A stretch of DNA of 64,000 bases from Felis catus (Eukaryota), in assembly GCF_018350175.1 (NCBI RefSeq), contig NC_058368.1, positions 213,530,001 through 213,594,000 on the forward strand, written 5' to 3'. The notes beneath the pieces were generated by a model. The model was not told the origin of the DNA, did no database searches, and worked only from the letters and a program-made list of their open reading frames with translations. This document shows, one piece after another, positions 12,229 through 23,400 of the stretch. How positions within the stretch are numbered: the first letter of the stretch is position 1; each line of letters opens with the position of its first letter. A program made the position numbers and the translations under genes.

Positions 12229-13688
12229 GGTTAGCAGAGAATGAGTAGCCTCTTAAAAGTTTTTTTTTTCTTTTAAAGTCATTTCCAAATTATTTCTACT
12301 GTGTCCTAGGCCAAATGAAAGCCTATTCTTTGGAATATATGTGAGATTTAGTCTCTTTTGCTAACTTAAACCTTCAAAATGATTAAGCTAACCAACACTC
12401 CCTAATTTACTCATCCTCAGCTTTCTGTGTATTCATAATCTAATCATTAGGAGAAAAAGTCATATACAAATATAATACTCATCAGAAAGAAACAAATTAT
12501 AATCTTTTTATTGTCCTTAATTTGGGGGGTCCACATGATAATCTTTTTATTGACCTTAATTCTTTTTTGAGGAGAACCATAAAGTTGGTAGAAAATCATT
12601 GATAGAGACATTACTTTTTTCTTCTCCTTTATTTACAATTCTATCTACAAATCATGCCTCCTTTGGGTAAGGCTTTATGAAGACCACTCAGATACTCAAA
12701 TGAAGGAACATGGTTCCTTGAGAGAGGGATTATTTTGATTCCTCTAATCCCATTATACAGATTGGCTATGATTGGAGAAATATGCATGAAATAGCCTTTC
12801 TAGAAATTAGACTCATTCCCAGGGTACCATTTCAGCAGTACGCAAAGCTGAACTTGATGCTTCTTATCTTCCCAACTTTCTCTTTCATCCTTAAGGGGTG
12901 TCTCCTACAAGGACTCAGAGAGGAAACCAATCAGAAACAACATAGCAAGTTACTGCTTCTTTAGGAACCCACAGGCATATCTGCCAAGTAGATTTTTGGA
13001 AGGAACGTGCTTACCCTAAAGAAATATAATTTCATGAGAGAATGTTGGCTACAATGGAGGAGAAAATTTGAAGCTAGAAGTGGACCTGTTACCACTCAGA
13101 GTATACCACATCTGCTTTGCCTTTAGGTAAGACCAACCCTGACCATCACAGCTGGATATCATAGTATCAGAGATTTCTGTGAAATTTCCCAACTTCACTG
13201 GAATTCAGCAACGTAATAACATGAACCCATAAAAATATCACTGGTTTTGAAGTGTTAAAAATAAAAGCAGATGTTTCCCTAAGTGTTGAACATCCTTCCT
13301 GTGTAATACTGAGGACTGGATGTTTGAATGTTTTTGCTATCAACTGCCACCAGGAATTCTTGGCCTCACCAGTGGCAATTCCACTGGTGACAGTAGTGAT
13401 AAATAATGATGCAGTTCGAGTACTTTATCTGGGCCTCAGATGACTCAAATTATACCACAGAAGGGCTTGAATTTTCCACTTAGGATCACTCAACTAGCTC
13501 TTTATTTAAGTGGATGAAATGATTTGGATTTTTTGTTGTTGTTATTGTTATGTCCTCTGATCATTTATCTTACTAAATGTGTTGGCTTCTAAATACAAGG
13601 CCATTTTAGATAGATTTTCTGACCCTTAAAAGCTATTTCAACAGTACTTTGTTTGAAATTCAGGTTCGATAAGCAAACAAAAGCTTAC

Positions 13689-14190
13689 CCGTGCCAGGCA
13701 GTCACTTGATTGGAAGTCTGTCTTCCCAGATTTTGAGAAGCGACGTTTGTCATTGCTTGTAGGTAGAGCAGCATCTGTCTTTGGAATTCTATGCTCTGTC
13801 CCTCTATCTGCTTCTGACTTGTCTAGATGGGATCCAGCCAGCTCCTTGAGAGATTCCGGGCCATTTTCTAGCTCAAAAGCATGGCCATTGCCAAGTTCGG
13901 GGTCTGGGCCGTTGTCCGGCTCAGAGATGGGGTCATTGTCCAACTCACAGCCAGTACTGCTCTTGGGTTCTTCAGTGGCTTTGTGGGTAGAAGGCCTGGA
14001 AATGACCCCAAACTTTCTTGCTCTTTTTCCCTTTTTCACAGTTTGGTCACCCAGCTCCAAGGTTGGCGTCTCTCCTGGTTCAGAGCTGTTGCTACCGTTG
14101 CCATTATACGGAGAGTGAACTTTGTGCTTGAAGCGGCGCAGCATGATCAGGTAGATAAAGCCGCCATTCCAGCACTGCTCAGCCAGGTAA
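13689..14190 (-). CDS. PDZD2: PDZD2 internal coding exon (502 nt): C-terminal end of PDZ1 plus long linker
   Basis: Translation (S)YLAEQCWNGGFIYLIMLRRFKHK...SDCLAR matches mammalian PDZD2 as I recall it. Acceptor tgtgttgcag|TTAC at 14190 (phase 2) and donor CGG|gtaagc at 13689 (phase 0). Confidence 0.96.
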
Positions 14191-14599
14191 CTGCAACACA
14201 CACAGAAATGCCGGGTGAAACCCTCACACCATCCATCTCGACCAGCGCATGGGGCAGACGCATTCAGCAGCACCCGCGGAACCCGTGTGATTAACAACCT
14301 GGTGAAGCAACGGAGGTACTAAGCTTCCCAAAGAGGCTCAATGCTCAGTTCATTCTTTTAATCTACATAATTGTCGATGCTAAAAATAACCCCCAAGCAA
14401 ACCAAAATCCCCACGAGCTAGAAATTACTAATGAAAAAAACCCTAGAGTAGGTAATTAGAAATGGAGTTTTCTATTCACAGAGCCAATCCTTACATATGA
14501 TTACAAAAACAATAATTCTCCATTCCCTCAACAACTTCTTACATCAGAATTATGCTAGCCTCCCATTCATCTAGTTAAAAAAACAAATTTAATTTAAAA

Positions 14600-14795
14600 A
14601 AAAATTTTAACATTTTTATTCATTTTTGAGAGACAGAGAGAGACAGAACACTAGCGGGGTAAGGGCAGAGAGAGAGGGGACACAGAATCTGAAGCAGGAT
14701 CCAGGCTCTGAGTGCGGGGCTTGCACTCATTAACCGCGAGATCATGACCTAAGCCAAAGTTGGACACTTAACCGACCGAGCCACCCAGGCGCCCC
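14600..14795 (-). mobile_element. Feline CAN-SINE inserted in the tail of an older SINE
   Basis: Ends 'gagccacccaggcgcccc'. Degenerate TSD caaatttaattt / caaacttaaatt. Confidence 0.93.
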
Positions 14796-14805
14796 GCAAA
14801 CTTAA

Positions 14806-14903
14806 ATTTTTTTAAGTAAACTCTACGTCCAATGTGGGGCTTGAACTCACAACCCAGATATCAAGAGTGGCATGCTCTACTGATTGAGCCAGCCAGATGC
14901 CCC
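14806..14903 (-). mobile_element. Older short carnivore tRNA-derived SINE
   Basis: 'gtggggcttgaactcacaacc...atgctctactgattgagccagccagatgcccc'. Outer TSD ccattcatctagtt (14563-14576) / ccattcatatagtt (14905-14918). Confidence 0.85.
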
Positions 14904-16529
14904 ACCATTCATATAGTTTTGATGTCATTACTCTGCCAGTTCCCAAGGTAAAGAATAGACAAACTGAGAGACATGTAAAGTTCTGCTCTTAGAATCAAAA
15001 TATCAACTGCACAACAACAAGAATCACTGCCTCACAGCATTCCAGTGAAAACAGATACTGAGCTGGGGGTGGAGAGGTGTTGGCTGGAATTAAGACACAA
15101 CTGGTAATAAGCGCTGATGAGTGTGTGCTGCATTAAATGAGCATCAAGTCCACTTCTTGATAATGGTTCTAGTTTGGGTTGTTCCTGGCACACAAGGAGT
15201 GTCATTTTCAGTCTGGGTGTCGCTTTGAGAGGACCCCCAATGAAAACCATGCAGACATGGGGTGACTAGGATACAGAAGGCTATTGGAAACTGTGTCAAC
15301 CAGGAAAAGTGAAAGGGCAGGGATGTCCTCTCCAGGGATGCTTGGCTTGAGAGGGCAGAGGCCGGGCTCAGTTGCGTTTCATGTACTTGAGGGGTGCCAA
15401 ACACTTAGAAGCAGGAAATAATATAAGTGAGATAATGCATGTGAAGCCTGACACACAATAACTACTCCAGATCTTAAGGAATAACAATAAATAGAACATC
15501 AAACAAGATAAGTAATTAGTGGTATTCAGGACCATGAAAGCTTTAGCAAAGAAAACACACTTGCTTAAAGTCAGGAAACTAGGCTGGGCTGGACCCTCTA
15601 CTTATGCCACCCAAGATAAGGAAGCACAAACCCCAGATGGATCCAGGGAAACGCCTTCACCACTGGAATGTTGCCACATTCTACACATCACCTGATCACA
15701 AGCAAAGAATGTCAACCACCAAATCCTTAATGTGTTGGACTGCTTCTGGCCTTCATGTGCCTACAAAGGATTGCCCACATCCTCAATAAATGAAAAACAG
15801 AACATATTCAAGTATACCAAGCTGCTCCTCCTCCAGGCTTGAAGCTCAGACTTGAGAGCTGGGATAGTCAGTTTACCGGAAGGGGTCGCGTCCATAACGA
15901 GAGGTAACCAGTTGCGTTTGAAATGTACTAAATTCTGGGACAAAGGCATATATTACCCATACCTAATGGTCAGGTTAATGCAATGACAATGCCAGTCTCC
16001 ATGAAGAACAGAATAATTCTGAATTTTTGCCATGGAGTAGAGTGAACAAGAGAGATGGGTCCTTAAACAACCACCAAAGCTAATAAAAACTTTCTTTGAT
16101 CCTGGGCTATAAAACATGGTAATGAACTTACACATAAAAACCAGGTAGATAAAAGGTACCATATAGACCTCAGGTTGTTCTGTGAAATACAATGAGATGA
16201 AGAGGTGTAAAGAGCGGTCCACTAGAGTCTGGAAAATGAAAATTAAACTTGGTTCTCAGTATAATTTCTCTATAATGTTTAGATTTCATTCTTTGAATTG
16301 TGTATCTTTTTCACACTGGAAAAATTTTTGTAAAGATATAAGATCTTCAGAGTAGTTATTAGCCAGACTGTAAGGGTTTCTTTGAGCAAATCACTACTAT
16401 TAATGCAAGACATATGCCAGATGTTATGAAAAACAGCGTAAGGTAGTAAAAACAGGACCACGGGGAAAGTCAGACACTCAAGTCTTCATTCTGGCTTTGG
16501 CCCAACCATGTAGAAACAATGGTAATGAT

Positions 16530-16930
16530 ACCAAATTTCCATCAACCTATGTATGAATGGATAGACAAAATGTAGTATATCCCTATAATGGAATATTATT
16601 TGGCAATAACAGGAATGAAGTATATGTCATAACTTAAGCTTGAAAACATTATGCTAGGTAAAAGATGCCAGACCACAAAAGGCCATGTCATTCCATTTAT
16701 AGGACATGTCCAGAATGGGCAAGTCCATAGAGACAGGAAGTGGATTAGTGGTCGCCAGGACTAGGGAGAAGGGAGAATTGGGACTGCTTGCAGAGTTTTT
16801 GGGGACAATGGAAATGTTCTCAAATTAGGTACTGGTGATGGTTGCACAACACAGTGAATATACTCACGAATTGTATACTTTAAAATAGTGAATTTTCTGT
16901 TATATGAATTAGGTCTCAACTTAAAAAAAT
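16530..16930 (+). mobile_element. Old L1 (L1MB-like) 3' region
   Basis: 'gaatggatagacaaaatgtagtatatc...ttccatttatag...ggtgatggttgcacaac' L1M 3' UTR motifs. Confidence 0.85.
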
Positions 16931-16969
16931 AACAGCAAATATAATAATTCTGGCCAAGTTTTGAATTGC

Positions 16970-17103
16970 TTTTTTTTTTTTTAAAGCAGGTTCCATGCCT
17001 AGTGTGGAGCCCAATGCAGGGCTTGAACTCACAACCCTGAGATCAAGACCTGAGCTGAGATTGAAAGTTGGACACTTAACCAACTGAGCCACCAAGGTGC
17101 CCC
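16970..17103 (-). mobile_element. Short carnivore SINE
   Basis: T-tail followed by 'gggcttgaactcacaaccctgagatcaagacctgagctgag...ctgagccaccaaggtgcccc'. Confidence 0.9.
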
Positions 17104-18440
17104 AGAGTTACTTCTTAGAGTATGTGCTCCTTAAGAACACCCTTTGCAAGAGAAGAAACTGAGGCTTAGAAATATTAATATGCCCCAGTTCACCTAAATG
17201 TCAAGTGCTGGACTGAGGCCCTGCTGCTTCTCAAACCCATGCTATGTCCACTATGCTGCTGTGCTGTCTCAATTACTCTAGTGTCCTTGTCTGTAACACG
17301 AGGGTGTTAAAATAGGTCATCTCCAAGTTGCTTTCGCATGTTCAGAACTGTGAATGCTAGTTTCTTGGGAAGGCTTCTAGAGATCAAAGGTGCAGGCCAT
17401 CCCCAAAGTATTGATCCAGTACCAAAGACAAAACAGAACCCTGGAAAAACAAACATTCCTTTTATGTCCAAGGTGTCCTAGGTCTCCTGGACATTAACTA
17501 TCAACCTGAAAAAGATATCACCTGGAGAGGTAATTCCTTTTGGGATTCTATCTTTTGTATTAAGCTCTGGACAATTTGATGGGTTCTGTGCAGAAACCTT
17601 CTTTTCAGTACCAAAAAGGCTGGCTCACTGAGTCAGAGTATAGGATCTTGGAAATCTCTACTCTCACAGAAGCTCCAAGAATCTTGGGAGGTTTATTCCT
17701 TCTGCAGGGTCCATACTCAACAAAATTACAAAGCAAGAGTTTATCTTTAGTTTGGCACCATGTCCTCATCCCCTCCTGACTTCCTAATAATAAATAAGGC
17801 TCTGACACTTTCAAGGAACTGTATGACAGGTTATTTTATTCCTTCCTGGACACTGAATCTTCTAAGGTCACCCCGAAGACAAAGTGTAATGAATCAACTA
17901 CGGACACTACAGCAAGTTGGTGAGAAAGACTGTTAGGCTGGGGGTAGTTTTCTTAGAGTTCTTCCATCCACCTTATATGTAATGCCTCCATATTCCCTAT
18001 CCATCTGTACTGAAATGACTCACCAAACTTTTCCAGTGCCTTTCTAGCTAATTCATATGTTCAAATCCCTTTTCAGTTCAAAAGGATTCCTACCCACCAT
18101 GAGAATCTTTAAACTTCAAAGTTAGTCTTTGAGAAAGAAGAAATGGAATATAATCCTGGTCCAGAAAAATAGGTCTCCTCTTCAGTAATTTTTTGGTTTC
18201 TTCCCCAAATTTGAAATTGCCCTGACATATAAAATTTTTGATTAATTTGATTTTGACCATCCAGGATGGCCTTAAGATAAATGAGGAAAGACAAGCATAT
18301 CCAGAAATGAAGTTCTAAATTCCAGCCTAGAATCCTCCCTGTGGAATGTATTGAGGTTCCTCACTTCACTTGGCCTTTGCAAACACCTTTTGTAACTTAA
18401 TCCCTTCTACCTCCCTTTCCTCTCAAAAAGTGCTTTATAA

Positions 18441-18487
18441 TAAATAAAATAAAATAAAATAAAATAAAATAAGAATAAAATAAAATA
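18441..18487. repeat. (AAAAT)n microsatellite
   Basis: Directly visible pentamer run. Confidence 0.9.
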
Positions 18488-20189
18488 GCTTTGAGTACCT
18501 CCTGTGTTTCTTGATGCTCTATCATAATTCTGGCATCTGGGTTCTCCAGGGGTGGGAGGCCCAGGCAGGTAAGGTTGGGTGCTAGGAAAAGCTAGAGGGA
18601 TAAAGCTGCCTGGAGTTTAAAGAACTCCAGTTTAAAGAACAAGGACAGGGAGGCAGGAGATGAGAGGGGCAGAGACAGTAGGTGTTGGAAGGCCAAGGAC
18701 ACACATTATTTATCCATGCCCTAATTCTATCAAAAGAAGGCATGAGGCAGCTATGCAATTCTGATATTCTAGACTGTTCTGCCAAAGTCCTCAGAAGGAG
18801 CAGTATCTCCAGGTGCCTTTGAAAATCATCTTGGGCATTTGGCCATCAGTTACCGATGCCTGGTACATAGTGTGAACCCACAGAAGGGAGCTGCCAGGCA
18901 GATCCATTGGTGTATACACATGTGTGATTCAGAGTCAGTTGGCTCACCACCCCTGGGTGGCCTGCACCCCAATGCCTTGAAAACACTGTATAACTCAGAC
19001 AACATAAAGGAATTCCAGAACTCAGACTTTTTGGCAAAGCAGACATTCTCACTTCATCTGAGTGAGTCAGGCCCCCAGGATAGACAGTACAGGAACAAGA
19101 TGTTTATAGAGGAGTTCCTACGTCCAGGCAGGAGTTTTACACAATGGGACTAACTGCTAATAGCCGCCCTGTGTAACACACAAGATGAATGGAGATCGAC
19201 TGTTCTTGCTCATGATTGCCTCTTGCCTAAGAAGTAATGGGAGGTTAAGAAGCTGTTTGTGGTCCTTTGAAAACCTGCTAAGCCTAATTAATCCAGAGGG
19301 CTGTCTGAGGTTGTAAATCTGTAGGTTCCCAGAGAAGAACGGGTTGAGAGGAAGTGTTAAATATATACAGATTAATTTCCCAGCGAAATCTCGGCTGGGA
19401 AACAGAGGGAGGCAAGTTCAAACAGCTCCATGAGAGGGGGTGGGAAGATGACAAACATCTCCAGGAGTCATTTAGTAACAAGATTCCCCACGGGCAGTCT
19501 CTCTCAGCTGTTGCCTCCCAGCTAACTTGAATGTTGGGCTTACTCCTCCCAGATTCTACAACCCTTCCTAGAATGAGCCAGACTTTCTCTGGGGACTCTG
19601 TAAAATAGAATTTGGGGGTGAATTCTGTGCTGAAAAGAGTGACTGATATCCTTGTGTGCTCATATGGCCATTTCTGAAAATAAATCCATCTACTTCTTTG
19701 CTGGGACCATGAGAGAGACAGTTAGCCCTGATTAGATGGAGAAAGATGGGGCTCAGGCACCAATAAGACTTTGAAAATAGACCAGAGTCTAGGCTTAGAG
19801 TATAAATGAATAGAGCACCATATTCCAACCGCTGGGTGAGAGAGGTGACTGATAAAGTCCAGCTTAGCTGAATCTCTCGTCCTCATCCAGCATCAACAGC
19901 TGGGGGTCGGCCACTCTTTCCTCTTCTCCTTCATGTGGAGTCAAGAATAGAGAATATGAATACATGAATATGTTCTCTTATTATAAAATCTGTATTATTT
20001 TTTATCATACAACTTGGATTGGCAAACAAGTTGATATTGCAAAATCAGGTTAAATATTTATTTAAGAATTTTTTCTGACCTAGAATACAATATTACCATT
20101 CAAATCCAATTCAAGTTATCAGCTACCCAAACTTGCTACCACCACACAGCTTAGCAGCAAAATTTCAGTCATATCCATCTATACAGCAG

Positions 20190-20375
20190 GACAGAGATCC
20201 ATATTGCCCTCAGGGGAATTGGGGCAAATATGCTGATACTCTAGCGACTGCTATTTCTATGAATAATAAACTGTCTTCCATCTTTGATCCAAGTGTCTCA
20301 TGCTTTCCACCGGCATTCATGAAACCAGGCAGGCCAAATTGGTTAGCTTACTAGTAGAGTAAAATTCTAGTTCTT
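20190..20375 (+). mobile_element. ERVL-class LTR 3' fragment (MER74/MER54-like)
   Basis: 'gctatttctatgaataataaa...gtctcatgc...catgaaac...ttagctta...gtaaaatt' resembles the 3' end of this LTR group. Confidence 0.5.
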
Positions 20376-21611
20376 GGCATACAGCAGGATAATATACAGA
20401 GTAACTCAGTTTATAATTGGTTCTGCTCCCCAGCACTGAACTTAGAAAAGGAGCTTAATAATATATTTCTCTTAATACCAGCGACTAAGAAATAAAAATA
20501 AACATGCATCTTATACAAACCAATACTGAATCTTTTAAGGCATATCAAACAGAGGAGAAATTATACTAAGGGGTGTAAGAAAGAAGGTGGGTGTTCTACT
20601 GTCTGATTCTATAAACACTGATTGAATTCAGTGTGTCAGCCTCAAAGGCAGAAGCTACATTTGTGTTCATCCGTGTTAAGTGTACTCACTTCTGCCCTGT
20701 CCCTACTTGAATTCCATTTCCTGCAACCATTGGCTGCAATATCCATTTCTGTACAGAAGCACAGCTGATTCTTTTTCTGTTTCCTGCCAAGATAGCTTCT
20801 GGATGCAAAGGGGTGGGGGTAGGAGAGACACTGCAGAAAAACACTGGATAAAAAGCAGCTAAATCATATGATTAATGGAAAATTGTTTTGACTTCCCCGT
20901 AACAAGAAATCATTGATTTTCGTATTTATCTTAAAAACTCACATCTCAAACTAACAAAAATGATTTATGTAGCCTCTATGTTAGGATGCACTACACATTT
21001 TCAACTGCAGTACAGCTTAATAGAAAGGAAGCAGAGTTGTGGTCCTTTCTAACATATAGCAGCAGGTTGACATGAAGTTCCAGTTTTTCTCAAAGGTTTT
21101 CATGCACCTCATTTCTGCCTAAATCAATAAAAGTGTTTTTTTTTAAGCCACCATATACCTTTCGAAAAGAGAAACTCAGAAGCTAAATTAAGTAGGAGAT
21201 GCCTGATCAATGGTGAGAACTGACCTAATAAAACATACTACAGAGATACTGGCCCTTAAAAGAGAACTTCCAGGCTTCTATTTGCAACTGATTGCATTTC
21301 TTTATTAAATTACTGTGAGTGAATCAGGGTTTCTTATAACTTTATGAGATCAACCTGCAACCTATACAGAATCAAATCAAAACTCCAGCCACATTGCTTT
21401 GCTAGGTCATCCTGATGATGTTGGTCACGTTCTCCATGGGGGCAGAAAGAATGCTGGGAGAGTCAGATTTTGCTGTACATGAATGAGTCAATCACACCTC
21501 ATGAATGGAGTGATGAGCTCAGACAATATAGATGGGAACTCATATCACTTTTTTTCCTTATGACATAATGCTTGTTTTTTGTTTATAAAATGACTATTTG
21601 CTCATTACAAA

Positions 21612-22710
21612 TTCATTCATTCATTCATTCATTCATTCATTCATTCATTCATTCAACAAATAGTTATATGCCAAGCACTGTTAGGCATTTGGGGGTACAG
21701 CAGTGAACAAAATGATTCCTGTCTTTGTGGAGCTTACTATCTAGGAGGAGAGATAGGCAACAAACAATGGACCTGTTAAAATAAGCATCCAACTATATCA
21801 TATGTTAGAAGGTGAGACGTGCTATGGAAAACAGAAAACACTGAACAGGATACAGAGGATCAAGCATGCCAGGAGTTGGAAGAGCCAGGTTGAAACTTTA
21901 AATGCTGTGCCTGAGGTGGCCCCACTGGGAAGAACACACTGAGCAAAGACTTGAAGAAGATGAAAGGGTTGGCCATGCTGCTGCCTGGGAGCAAAGTGTT
22001 CCAGACAGAGGGAAGAGCCAGTGCAAGAGTGATGAATTGGAAGCGTTCCTGGTGTGTCTGAGGAATAGGCTTGAGAAAAGGGGCAAGAGAGGAGAATAAT
22101 AGGAGATGAGGTAACAGAGACTGGTTTATGGAGGGCTGTATAAGCAGTTGTAAAGACTTCTATGCAAAATGGGGGGCTCTTTAGTTTTGAGCAGAGGAGT
22201 AATGGGATATGTACTATGTTTTAAAATGATCCCCTTTGTTTCTGTGTTGAGAATGGACTGTGGTGGGGGCAACGGTAGAAGGACGAAGACCAGATGGAAG
22301 ATCATCTTCAGAAATTCCAGCAAAAGATAAGCTGGCTCAGCAGAGAGTAGCCATGGAGATGGTAAGAAATGGCCAGAATCATGATGGATTCTGAAGGAAG
22401 AGTCAATAGCCTGTGCTTTTGGATGTGATATAGGGTATGAGAGAAAGTGAGAGATGAAGTGTTTGGCTTTCACAACTAGAAAGGTGGAGTTGTCATCACC
22501 TGAGCTGGTAGAACAAGCAGCCTTTGGGTTTGGGGCTCTCTGACCTACTCTGAATGCATACATCTATTCTGGAGTTCAGTTCTGGACTCGTTGAGCTTGA
22601 TATGATCATGTGGGCAGCTAGCTCTCTAAGTCTGGATTCTGGAGCAGAGGACTAGTTTGGAGACAGAAACTTGGGAGGTGCAAGAATATTCATGGCATTT
22701 TAAGACCCCT
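21612..22710 (-). mobile_element. L2 LINE remnant with (CATT)n tail
   Basis: (attc)n run at 21611-21654 followed by 'caacaaata...tatgccaagcactgttaggca...cagcagtgaacaaaa', the typical L2 3' end in reverse. Confidence 0.85.
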
Positions 22711-22789
22711 AAAGATAAATTCCTTTGGGTTGATTTTCTGGGTCCAAAGTTCTTGCTCATCAAGAGCATATTCAAGGGTTTCATATGTA

Positions 22790-23010
22790 ATTCTAATCTT
22801 TCCTTTTGAGAGGGGGTAACAATTTAGAATCCCAGCTGTAGTGTCTTAGAGAACTGTTTGTTTCTGAATATTGTCACTTTTTAATCTTTGTCAGCCTGAT
22901 AGTCAAAAGCTACCTCATGTCATAATTTGCAAACCAGTGATGACTAGTGAGGTCAAAATTCTTATTAATCATTTGCCTTCTTTGAAAACTGCTTATTTAT
23001 GCCCTCTGTT
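22790..23010 (-). mobile_element. Highly degraded L1 fragment
   Basis: 'ttttaatctttgtcagcctgatag...tgactagtgaggtc' resembles reverse L1 ORF2 3' motifs. Confidence 0.45.
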
Positions 23011-23136
23011 TGTGAAGATCTTCATCTTTATACCCTCCTACATTAGCATGGTGGCTGTCACATAAAAAGCACCATAATGAAAATGAAGGGTCAATGAGAA
23101 GATCCCTTCTATTTAAGAAAAATCATTAAAAAATGA

Positions 23137-23400
23137 CTTTATTGAGATATACTTTGCACAGCATATAATTTATCTGTTTCAAATGTACAATTCAGTATTT
23201 TAAGGAAATTTATCAAGTTGTGCAAACACCATAAATCCGTTTTAGAACATTTTCATCACCCCATTAAGACCCCTCATGCCGTTAACAGTTAATGCCCGTT
23301 CCCCATCCCAGCCACCACTTTGTTTCTACAGGGCTGCCTCTTCCAACCATTTCATGTAAATGGAATCATCTAATACGTAGTCTCTTGTGTCTTGCATCTT
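23137..23400 (-). mobile_element. Old L1 (L1MB-like) 3' UTR
   Basis: 'ctttattgagatata...gtacaattcagt...ttttagaacattttcatcaccc...catttcatgtaaatggaatcat'. Confidence 0.85.

Noticed and set aside
13747..14294. Two plus-strand ORFs (123 and 137 aa) overlapping the exon
   Set aside because: They are antisense shadows of a GC-rich coding exon, with non-ATG or weak starts and no recognisable homology.
13638..14297. 219-aa ORF as a stand-alone gene
   Set aside because: Only 13689-14190 is exonic. The ends are intronic read-through beyond clear splice sites.
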